Below are positions 1 to 11,573 of a DNA stretch of 64,000 bases, in pieces. Positions within the stretch are counted from its first letter, which is position 1, and each line of letters begins with the position of its first letter. The DNA comes from Azolla caroliniana (taxonomy: Eukaryota > Plantae > Polypodiophyta), in the NCBI GenBank assembly GCA_043228905.1, contig JBHGNT010000030.1:1-64000 (forward strand), written 5' to 3'. The notes below the pieces were generated by a model. That model made no database searches, was not told the origin of the DNA, and saw only the letters and a list, made by a program, of their open reading frames with translations. A program made the translations under genes and the position numbers.

Positions 1-1419
1 TATAAAGATCTCAGGTTCTCTACGATTTCGGCAATGCGATTGTTCCAATTTCCATTACGAAGCCGAAGTATACTTACCTACCTAATCGTTGCTACTCAAA
101 CACCATGGTAAATGAAGTGACCCTGCAAAGTATAGTCCATGTGCTACCAAATGGCCCAAAGACAAGTTGCTCTAGATAATGAACCAACCCACTTGAGCAC
201 AATAACCTACCCAATACTCTATTCATGTTTATATACAAGCGTGTTGGCTAATAACAAACAAACAATAATATGCTTTATCGATAGGACTAAAATGAAAACT
301 TTTATTTTCAGGAATGGTTCATTGAGAATGACACAAAGTCATGGAACGTCACAATGCAATCAGTGTATGAGGCCAAATCATTTATAAGTTATGGATTAAA
401 TCTATCGCATGGACTAATGTATGAGATAATTAATGCATCGTTTTTGCATTGTATTTTTACATATAAAAGTTTACGTCAAGAGAACGCACATGTATGGGAG
501 CAATGGATCTTCTATGGAGAACATTATACCCCAACTAGGTAGACATTGTTACAACTATGTTCACAGTACCATGATGAAGATATATTGTTACAAATGGGAT
601 TCGATAGGTCAATAAACAATTTACTATGCATTGGATGATGATTACAATGGCATTGAGTTTATCTTACACTTTGTAAAAAAATGAAAATTTGTTCATAAAG
701 GTGGACGGTGTTATTCCCTACCAATCAAGTGAATGTGATTGAACAAATAAGATGGATTGCAGACGTCGAGTCTGAATTGGGAAGAGCAATAAAACTTATT
801 TGAAATGGGCATCGGCATGTGGAATGTGTAGATACGTGTAAAAATTAAGAAGTTGGTTCTAAAATCTAAGCAATAATGTTATGATGTTTGTAATATTCAG
901 GAACAATTACAATGGCAAGCTGAGAGGAGTGAATCAATGTGTAATGATTTGAGTTGGTTGAATGAAGTGCCTATTAGTAGTTTTGTTAGTTGTTCACGTC
1001 CCATGGAATTAATTGCCCATGACAAAGGTTGGTGTATATTACGGGGTAGTCTACTAAAGCTTTAGATGTCCAAATTCATGAGTACAAATGATAGGTATTG
1101 GGATATGAGGGAGAGGCAAGGAATATGTTCAAGCTAACTATAGTAGTCGTGAGGTAGTGGTCACCGAAGTTTCTTGATATTGTGGATCAAGGAAAACGAG
1201 AGGTCCTTACAAAACCCAAAATGTAAGGCTTTTGTGATAAGCAAACACTATTGGAAGTCTTTTCCACGATAGGCCGAGAATAGAAGGAACTATGGAAAGA
1301 TGAAAACAAATATGTTAGGTAGATCATCCTACTTAGAGGAGCACACATGAGGAAGTCATGCAATGTATACATTGTAAGCTTCCCACCGTTGGCACCTATA
1401 TCCTTGACGATCATGATGC

Positions 1420-1775
1420 AAAGTTAGTGGAAGAGGCAATCCTATGTGAACAAAGACTATGTGAATTTTAGCTTGACACATATTTTGGATAATCAAACGC
1501 AGACCTTTGAAAGGCTAAACAAGAAGGCCATCAAGACCAAGTGATCTAGAAGATTACATACAAAGGTGGATGTGAAAGTCCAAAATACAAGGCAAGAATA
1601 GTGACCAAATATTTTGTGCTCAATGAGGCATCAAAATGTTTATGATGATGTTCTCAAATTATGAGGCCTTCAACAATTTAGGTGGATTTAACAACGTTTG
1701 CAATGATGGTGAAATTGGTTCCTCAATTTGAAAGGATAGGAGTTCACAAAATACACTAAGGAGGATTGCAATGGA
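1420..1775 (+). pseudogene. Highly degraded Ty1/Copia RT remnant
   Basis: Fragments translate to ..VEEAILCEQ.., KKAIKTKW-like and PKYKARIVTK (Copia RT start). A GGAGGATTG PPT-like motif lies near 1760. No open frame. Confidence 0.4.
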
Positions 1776-4700
1776 ATCAACCCTAACATTCCACGTTTGG
1801 CCCATCTAGTTCCTTCTACCCAAGTGTTGTATATGCTTCATAAGTGCTCTCGACATTCATCATCTTGTCACTAAAGGGGGCATGAATTGCAATCTCATCA
1901 CATATAAAATCCAATTCATGTTAAGGCGAAATACCCATGTTAAGCTCACTTAAATATACCCACCCAACTTGTTTCTTGAAACAATGTTGGTAATGTTTTT
2001 TTTTAAACTTGAAATTGTTATTCAAACTACATAGGAAATGAAAATGTGAAACCTCAAAGTATATATCAAGCCCAAACCAATGACTTGAAAAATGAGCAAT
2101 TCTATACGACACATTTGAGATGATGCTTGTTTCGTTTTCCCCTTCTAGTTTTAATATTCACATCTTAATAGAAAAGGATGCCGGGGGAGCCTTGTGTCCA
2201 AAAGAAGGCATAGAAAGGGAGATTTTGTGTGGTTTTTATGAGCTTCCAAACTTCATGGAATATATAAAGTAAATAAACGAATTGTTGACTATGGTTTTTG
2301 GAGTGAATGGTGGATTTGAAATTCCCGTCCAAAACAAAAAGATGAGAAATGTTATACAAACAAATACTCACTGGGTAGAGAAGCAAGAAAAGATTTGTTA
2401 CTTTTGGACCCCATCATTTTGTGGCTAGCAACAAAACCTTGTCGGCGAAACAAATGTTACCTTTGTTATTAGTGATATTGTTATTGTTATTAGAATTGCA
2501 GCTTCTCAAAGGGCATTACTATCATTTTCACTCTTTATATTGCGGCAACTATTGACAACGTGGAATTATGCCATACCTTCTTTTTTGTTGCATAACTTGT
2601 AGTTTTTGCTCCACTTGTTTCTTATATGATATCATCTGTTTGATCAGATGTTGGTACTAGCCTTTGTATCACAATAGAAGTGAGATGAAATGTCTCCTTC
2701 TATTTTCTCTATGTACATTTCTCAAGTAATATACTAAGGTGTATCTTTCTTTAAAAAGAAAAACAAACTATTGACAACGTCAATGTTGTGAAGCCATGTT
2801 TTTGGAACAAACAAATGGTGAGTATGCTCTCAACAAAAATGAAAAGGACCCTAACAATTGTGGTCTTTTGTTGTTGCTTGTATCAGCCATTGGTATTGTT
2901 ATTAGCATAATGTCTTATTTAAAGAGCATTGGTATCATTTTCACTATTTACATTTGTTACAATGGCAATGTTGTAATATTTATTTGGGGCGCAAACTAGT
3001 ACTGTGCATGATCTCAACAAGAATCTAAAATACAATTTAATAACGAGCACAACATCAAACCCATTACTTGAGCCTAGAAACCCAAGGATGACATTGCAAA
3101 GCACAATATTTAACACCACACCATCAATATTTTACTTATTTGAGAGTTAATGGTTTTAGCTCTATGAATGAGTAAATAAAAACCCATCATTCGTGAACAC
3201 GATGCTTTTACATTGTGCTATGGCCAATAGTATATTGTAATTATTATTATTAGCACCACTCTATCGTTTTCACTCATAGAAATGTGGAAAACGTCTTGTT
3301 ATTATTAGCATAACCTTGTCATTTTCAATCTTGGTTTTGTGGAAAATGTGTTAACTTCAATCTTGTAAAGCCATGTGTTTGATGGTAAAATCTTAGTATG
3401 CATGGTCCCAAACCATAGATGGTGAAGAGTTCTTTCACTCAATATTCGATATTCAAACCCACAATATTATATTTGCAAAGCACAAGCTTTACCACTACCG
3501 ACCATATAATGTTATGCATTTGCCTTTTTTAGTTTTAATAATACCAAAAATCCATAAGCTTTATTTTGTGGGACATTTATGATGGCATATGTATTTTTAG
3601 ATAGGAAAGAGATTCACATTATGCTTTAACACGTATGGAGTCTAGACTCGATATTATTATTGTTATTACCATTTCTTCATTGTGTAGTTTAGTACCTATT
3701 TTTCGTAGTGAAACTTTCATGTATTTCTCCTTCCTTTTCTTGATTGAATATCCATGTAATGATGCCAACCATTTAATAATGTGTACCTTCGTCTCTATTC
3801 CTCTGCCACGTAATGATTCCTATAATTGATTGAGTTGGTCCTTTCCTTGGCTCTATCATGCAATGCTTTCTCTCAGGGCGAAGCTTTCTTTATCTCAACT
3901 TGTGTTGTCTAATCGTGTATTGAGATTTTGACTACTTCCACTCAACACCTCATTAAGAAGAGGTGGTTTACATTTAGAACAACTTGCAAGAAGAAGACAT
4001 TAAGTTGAATAACTCAACGAATCAAGACTTCTCGCAGGACAAGTCCCGGAGAAAGGACAAAACATGCGGCGTTGATGTGCATGGGTGAGTAAGCATCAGA
4101 TAGAGAAGAGAGTGAGAGTGCTCGACTATGTGTGGGCTGTACACAGTGTCACTACTGTCAACATGCAAAGAGATGATGATGAATCAATGGATGAGAGAGC
4201 GACTGATGAGAGAGAGAGAGAGAGGACATGATTGACTGAGATGCTAAACTTGTGAACGACAATGTTCCACACGCGCGCGCACACAGACACATACACACAA
4301 GAATGAAATATGAAGATGTCAAAAAGGAGGATGGTGATGTGAAACCTTTTTAGTAATAATAACAACAAAAATAATACAAAAGTGAGAGGGTAAGTCAAGG
4401 GGCGTGGAATGTGAATCATATGAAATGTTATGAGAAAAACATCACGTGCGTCGTGGATAGGGGGGGGGGGGGAGACATAACATTTATTGTATAGCCTATA
4501 TATAATATATATATTTAATATGAAGGAAGTGTACACGCCACCAATTTACTGGTACTACTTACTACCTACATATTAGAATATGTACACACACAAACATACA
4601 TACATACATACACTTTGTATGTGTGTATGTGTATGTGTATCTTGTTGTGATGAAGGACCTACAACAAGCAAGATTTTGGATTACCTCGCCTTTAATCCTT

Positions 4701-6002
4701 GTCTAGAGTATACAGAGAATACATGCAAAGAGTTTGTCATACATTCCTAAGAGCGACTTGTATCATGCATGCCACATACATGATAGCATGCTAAAGTTGC
4801 CATTGTCAGTTATTCCCCTTCACCTTGTAACCTTAGAATCATATGTCTTGCTATACACCTTCATGGTTTAAAACCCGTAAAATTCCTTGTGTGAGATGGG
4901 ATTCTAAATGGCACATAGATAGATGTCTCGTTTGTATAGGTATTATTTTGGGTTAAAATTTGAAGTTCTTAACTCAAATAATCCTATCTATGGAATAAAG
5001 GAAAAAGTGAGGATGAGACATTATAAGCATCAATGTCATGCAAATGATTGATAAGAAATTTTAGAAGTTACCTTCTTACGACACTAAGTTTTAAATTCAT
5101 AAATACAAGGGATGTGATTATAGCACTTGTGCTTCATAACATCACGTCAATGTGTTTGTTGTTGGGTTCACTATATAAACTTTTCAAATGTTTTGTTTGA
5201 GATCATGACAATATCTCTATGGTCCCAAAAAAATGACTTCTTAATAGTGACACATTTGTATGCATAGCATTTCCCTCCGAATGAAATGAATTGAAAGAAC
5301 AAATTTGTAGGTGGTTTTGTGTGTTAAAGCCTCCAAAGTTTCCTCGTTGATAAGTTGTTGCAGCACTAAAAGAATAAGCCAATGTATGAAATCAAAAGAG
5401 TGTCAATGCATAGAAACAAATGAGAGGAAGCACGAATGAAAGGATTGCATCTTCTACAAGGAACAAACATCTCATTGAAGTGTTTCAATCATTGTTAGGT
5501 GCACACTAATTGCTAGCTATCTTGCTAGGAAGTGGTGTATGTGAATATTCTTTGTGTGTGTAGGTGAGTAACTTGTAGGCAAGAACATATTTTAGAATGG
5601 TATGGTGCAAGTGAGTGCATGAGGTTCAATGTACATTGAATGTATCTATATGTTTGAATGTGCCATTATGATGCCTATGAGTTTAGACATGCAATTCATG
5701 TGTGAAAGCCATAGGGCTACAATGGAAGTTAGATGGATGCAATTGAAGTCATAATGCACTCTCAAAGGTTCATTAACCATTACCAATGAGATCATCATAA
5801 CCACAATATATTTATTGTTTATACAATTATTAGCCATACAAATCCACAACTACATGTTTCATCAATAAGATACAATTTAGAGCTCTATTTTCGGCCACAA
5901 GATTCCTTGGCTTGAGAAGGATAATTTTCATTCAAGAAAATGTTTCCATTTCTTACTCCAACTAGAGAGGAGGGAAAGTGAATTTTGGTTTGTGAATATA
6001 AT

Positions 6003-6396
6003 TAACAATCGGCAAACCGAACTGTTTTAAAATTTTGAAACCTGAATTGTACCGAACTAAACCACAAAACCGTTAATTTTTTTTTTTCAAACCGTAAAAC
6101 CATTAAACTGTAAAAACCTCGGTTTCGTGGTTCGGTTTCCATTTTCAACATAGGTCAAAATTTTAATTTTTTAACATTTATAATATTTCATTTAATTTTT
6201 TTTTAAAGATATTCCTAAAATGTGAGAATAAGGTCTAAAAATGAAAAGATTGTTTAAAATTTAAAAATAAATAAATAAAATAACCGTTAAACCATTTAAA
6301 CTGCGGTTTTTGGCTGTTAAATCCAAACCGTTGAAATCGTTAAGTTGCGGTTTCTCGATTCAGTTCGGTTCAAACCGAACTGTTGCCAATTGATTA
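6003..6396. mobile_element. hAT-type MITE (copy 1, partly deleted, opposite orientation to the 36433 copy)
   Basis: Starts TAACAATCGGCA, ends TGTTGCCAATTGATTA, with AACCG/CGGTT subterminal repeats. The internal sequence is the reverse complement of the 36433-36901 element. TSD not clean. Confidence 0.8.
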
Positions 6397-7249
6397 TATT
6401 ATATAATCAATTTTCGTTGACTGTTATGCTCTCTTCTTTGGCTATGTCCTTTCTAAACTTGTTAGGAACACAAATGGGGTTAGAAGACTAGATGCCCATA
6501 GATCCAATTAACCAATGGTGTCATCCCTTATTAGATGTATGGCTAGGAGTTATTTTTGGTGCATGTCGTTATGCATTTTATATGTATATGATTTCTATGG
6601 TGTTTCATCATTAGTTGGAGGATCCAAAGAGGGGTTGTAACATCCTTGTGAAGCTATTAGAAAATCCTTAAAGAAATGGAGTTTTGAGGAATTACCGAGT
6701 GGAAAAGTTCTAGTTATAGACCTAAACATGAAACTTTATGCATGTGCATGGCCCTTAAATATGACATCTATGTTGAGATTACAAGTTACAACCTCAATCA
6801 TACACCTTGTGTCTAAATACATACCTAATCCTTGGAGCATGTGTGTGCATTAAATCATGCCATTGACCTTGGGAATGGTAGATTCCTTTTGCATTGAATG
6901 AAGTGCATACATTAGATATCCTACTCACTCTCCCATTCATTAGTAGATTCCTCCCAACTTTTGTGCGTACTTCCATAGACGCCATATTTAAACCAAACGC
7001 CATCTTTTGTATAAGATATTGTTTACATGTTGTTTACTTAATTTTGCGTGGCTTCATTGTAATCTTCCCCCTTCTTGTTAAGATACATTAATTTTTTTTG
7101 TCTTTGGTGTATATAGTCTCTCTCTATTGCTTTATCTCTCCTTATCTCCCTCTCACACACACTAACAATTGTCGAATACGGGTCTCTAATGGATATATTC
7201 ACATTGTCCCATTGGACACACTAGGTTTAGGCTATTTCTGTAAATAGTA

Positions 7250-7697
7250 TGTTGAGAATTAAGCTCAACATAGTGCAACGTGTGAACACACCTTTTGAGA
7301 ATCTATGATTACTCAAAGGTCAAGAGTCACACCACTACTCTCTACACATTAACTATGTGTCATAGAATCATATTCTATGACACATAACTGAGTTACATAT
7401 TCCCCATGACTATGAGTCTTCACATTCCCCAAGAGAGACTGGTTGTTGTAGTTAGTTAATGAAGAAAGAGGGTGACTATATATAAAGCACCCTCCTCATA
7501 CTTCATACTATGTAGGTTGTGACTCCTTGTAATGCTACATTTTGTATTTGCTATTCTACTTGTGAATATACACATTCTTCTTGAGTATTCCTTTTTCTAT
7601 CTATCTTGTGTTCGCTTTTCTCTCCTCTAATTCCTGTCACACATACACATAACACACATATCTTCCGCTACAAAAGAATCATACCTGATTCTTTACA
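7250..7697 (+). repeat. 5' LTR of Copia A
   Basis: TGTTGAGA...TTACA; direct repeat of 34309-34756; TATA-like TATATATAAAG near 7477. Confidence 0.93.
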
Positions 7698-7710
7698 TGG
7701 CATCAAAGCG
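7698..7710 (+). promoter_or_regulatory. Primer-binding site of Copia A (tRNA-iMet type)
   Basis: TGGCATCAAAGC is a degenerate TGGTATCAGAGC immediately after the LTR. Confidence 0.8.
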
Positions 7711-7869
7711 GTTTGGTAGTTCGATCTAGCCCATCTGCGTGTGTTGTGTTCTACGCTGATGTTCGAGAAGAACCGATCCATTGCTATCGTAGTGCGACTA
7801 CATAGCTCGTATTCGAGAGAGAAGGAAAATATAAGAAGGAAGAAGTCTTAATCGACAAGGAATACTCAA

Positions 7870-10640
7870 ATGGGGAGCGCTCTCCCTAGCGAGACGCTAG
7901 ATCGAAACAACTTTGCATCTTGGGAGTACAAGATGCACCAATACCTTGTCGGCCAAGGCTATTGGGGTTACATCAAAGGAGCACAAGAAAACCGACCCGA
8001 CCCGAAAGACGTCGACTACGCAAAATGGGAGCCAGTGGCAAGCCGAGTGATGTATTGCTTGGCGACATGTGTTCATGACCACATGCTCAACTATATTTGA
8101 GAAGCCGAGACGCCAAAGGAAGCGCGGGAGAATCTACGAAAGATTTTCGCCGCCAACACAACCGTGAGAAAGCTTCAACTCCGCCAAGAGTTGAACAACA
8201 TCCAACAAAGGGATATGTCCATCACGAGCTACACCTTGAAGATCAAGGAGCTTTGTGACTCACTCGGCTTGATAAGCATCAATGTGGACGATGATGAGAT
8301 GGTGCAAATATGCCTCGGCTGCCTGCACCATAGTTTGGCGCGATGATGACCGCCGTATTAGCACGGGAGAATCCGCCCTCCTTCTTCGATCTTCAATCCA
8401 TGTTGTTGGTCGAAGAAAACCATGTTTGAACAAGGAGCAACGCTTCAGAAGGCCACATGCTTTACTCACACTCAGACGAAGGAAGAGGACGTGATTGTGC
8501 AAGAAGAGGCCGATTCGGCCAAGAACGAGGCCCGACTTATGAAAACAACTCGCAATTTCGGCATCAAGACGGAAGTCATCGAGGAACCTTTGGAAGAAGG
8601 GGGAGCTTCTATTCCGGTCCGAACCGACAAAATTCGGTCGAAGGCGGATATTGCGGAAAAATCGGTCACCACGAAGAAGTGTGTCATAAGAAGATGCGCG
8701 AGTCGGCTTCCACTAGCCGACAACTCACCAATTATGCCACCAACTCCGACTATGACGATCGTGGCGGAATGTTCGTGATGAGACATAGAGCAAATTCTAT
8801 GTTAGCTTCTACTTCAACTAGTGCCTCCGGTCCGGAAGACGTATGGTTCATTGACTCTGGTGCCTCGAACCATATGACGTCTCATCAAGAATGGTTTGGA
8901 GAACTTTGAGAGTCGGAATGACCCGACTATGTCGAAATTGGAGACGACTCTACGCATCTGATTCGACACATCAACAATGTCCCATTCGGCAAAGAAGCTA
9001 ACCAAACTTTTATTAAGAATCTCTTGCATGTACCGACCATTACGAAAAATTTGGTCTCCGTCGGTCAAATTGTTGAGCAAGGGATGCAAGTACAATCTAA
9101 TCAAGGCGGTTGCTTCATCGAAAAAGAGGGCCGACTCATCGCTCGCGGACGAAGAGAGGGCCGAATGTTCATTCTCGACTAGCACGAGATGAAATCGTCC
9201 ATGTTCGCAAAGGGCACGAAAGCCGATTCCGACATAGAGTTATGGCACAAGCGGATTGACCATATCAACCTCCAAAAGCTCAAGGCAATGCAATCGAAAG
9301 GAGTCGTCATCGGGCTCCCGACATTCAAGGAGAAAGAGATTGAAGGCGTGTGTGCTGCTTGCCAATTCGGCAAGCAACATCGGCACTCATTTCCGAAGGA
9401 GCGAAACGTGAGCAAAGGCGTACTCGACGTAATTCATTCCGATGTATGGGGTCTGGCTCAAACGGCTACATTCGGCGGATGCTAATACTACGTGGCCTTC
9501 ATCGATGACTTCTCCAGGCACACCTGGATCTACCCCATGTGGCAAAAGATCGAAGTGTTCAGACACTTCCAAAAATTTAAGAATGAAGTCGAGAAAGCCA
9601 CGGGCCGACATGTACGATGTCTTTGGTCGGATGGAGGCAAGGAGTACTTCTCCGACGAAATTTTCAGCTTTTCTATGGAAAGAAGGAATTCGGCGAGAGT
9701 TTTTGTGTCGACATACACCACAACAAAACGGAGTCGCCGAACGAAAGAATTGGCACATCCACGAAGTAGCATGGGCCATGATGAACGAAAAACACCTGCC
9801 GAAGTCGTACTGGGCAGAAGCGGTTAACACGATCGTATACCTCATGAATCGGTGTATGACATTGGGTGTGCACGAACTTATTCCGCATGAGAAGTTTTTC
9901 GGAAAGAAGCTGGACCTATCACATGTTCAGATATTCGGCTCCATTGCATACGTGCACATCCCCGAGGAGAAGCGATAAAAGCTCGACTCAAAGTCGGAGA
10001 AATGTACCCTCGTAGGATACTCACTAGAGCAAAAGGGGTACAAGTGCTATAACCCCTCAATTCAAAATCTCGAGTATGTCGAGATGTCGTTTTTGATGAG
10101 TTCGCACCTGGTACGCACAAGAGATAACTTCAACTCCGATTCCGCTCGACCCGGAATCCTCTGAAATAGAGATAGAAGCCGAAGATCGGCTCACGTGCAT
10201 GTTCGAAGAATGCGTGATTATGACAAGGCTTAGTGGGCCACAAGAACCTCTGAGCGATCAAAGTACATCTTGGCCGAGTCCGAAGTTGGAGAAAGGAAAG
10301 CCGAAAATGCCGAAGTATGAAGACGATCATTTCGATGGCAACTAATCGACTCACTCCCTCGATAGTGCACTCAAAGGCCTTGACATCCGGACAAATGGAG
10401 TCGACTACAAAGAGACATTTGCCCTGGTGGCAAAGATGACGATTGTGCGGTCTGTGATTGCACTCGCAACGACGAAAGGGTGGCACCTCCACCAAATGGA
10501 TGTCAAGAACGCCTTTCTTCAAGGCGAATTAGAAGAAGAGGTGGTACATGGTACAACCACCCGACTTCGAATCTAGCATTCATCCGAAAGCCGTATGCCA
10601 ACTCAAGAAGCCTCTCTACGGCCTCAAGCAAGCACTGCGT
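7870..10640 (+). pseudogene. Copia A gag-PR-IN-RT(N) polyprotein, disrupted
   Basis: Gag (NNFASWEYKMHQYL), zinc knuckle (YCGKIGHHEEVC), PR (WFIDSGASNHMT), GAG-pre-integrase (LWHKRIDH..C..C), IN (TPQQNGVAERKN), RT (LKKPLYGLKQA). Many stops and frameshifts, plus an internal deletion near 10390. Confidence 0.92.
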
Positions 10641-10667
10641 GGTCGTAGTGTAATTCGCACACTACGT

Positions 10668-11535
10668 TGTCGTAGTGTAAGTTGCACACTATGTGGAAAT
10701 TATATTTTTGTCCCTCCGGATAGAGAATGGAGTGCTCGGTGAGAACCGGAAGAAAACGGCATACCGGCAAGGAGGAAAACGGCATACCGGCAAGGAGGAA
10801 AAACGACATACCGGCAAGGAGGAAAACGGCATACCGGCAAGGAAGAAAACGGCATACCGGCAAGGAAGAGCCGGATAAAGAGACATAAATGTAAAAAGAA
10901 AGGAAATACTCACTACTACGCAAGGCGTGATTCGAACTCTGCACCTCCACGTTGACAAACCCCAACCTTACCATTACATTAACTTATCTTAAGTGTTTTA
11001 AATATAGATTTAATACGTATAAGACCTTTATTTATGCATACCTTTATTAAAAGGTAAATCATGTATTTTTAGAGTGCGTGAATATTTTATAGAAAAACGC
11101 AAGCAACTAAAAAGTGACTCATGCACATCTAGCGTGCATGAGCACTATATTTAGCAAATAAAAGCAAGGATTAGAAAAGCATCACATGCACATTTAGTGT
11201 GCATGAACATATTAGAAAAAGCATATAGCTATGCTTAGTCTCTCCCATCACTATATAAGGATGGGGAGCACATTGTAGTTTTTGTTGATTATTTGGATTA
11301 AGTATTAATCAATACAAAAACTATTCGTGGGATTCACGATTTATACATCTACTTCTCTCTTAACACCCTAAGTACCAATTAATATAGTATACTCGTGTGA
11401 TTCACGAGTTTCTTATCTTTCTCTTTGCTATTTACTCATAATTAATCTCTATCTCACGAACTTCTTTCTCCTAGTCCAAGACCTCTGTGGTTCCCACCCG
11501 ACTCACGCAATGATCCGGAGCCGAAAGGCACGACA
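10668..11535 (+). repeat. 5' LTR of Gypsy B
   Basis: TGTCGTAG...CACGACA; contains ~5 copies of a 23-24-bp repeat AAAACGGCATACCGGCAAGGAGG (~10753-10870) and TATATAAG near 11253. Confidence 0.95.
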
Positions 11536-11539
11536 CAGT

Positions 11540-11557
11540 TGGTGAACCCGACGTGAA
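11540..11557 (+). promoter_or_regulatory. Primer-binding site complementary to plant tRNA-Trp
   Basis: TGGTGAACCCGACGTGAA is the reverse complement of the 3' end of plant tRNA-Trp(CCA) (..TTCACGTCGGGTTCACCA, recalled sequence); it lies 4 nt after the LTR. Confidence 0.85.
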
Positions 11558-11573
11558 GACGGGTGGCAAGGAG

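Noticed and set aside
139-1100. Possible PPR pseudogene (HMYGSNGS, MRPN)
   Set aside because: Too decayed to support as a feature.
10753-10870. 23-24-bp repeats and their small repetitive ORFs
   Set aside because: LTR U3 tandem repeat; the ORFs are by-products.
11553-11573. ORF-track GTG start of Gypsy B gag
   Set aside because: It lies within the PBS; ATG 11574 is preferred.
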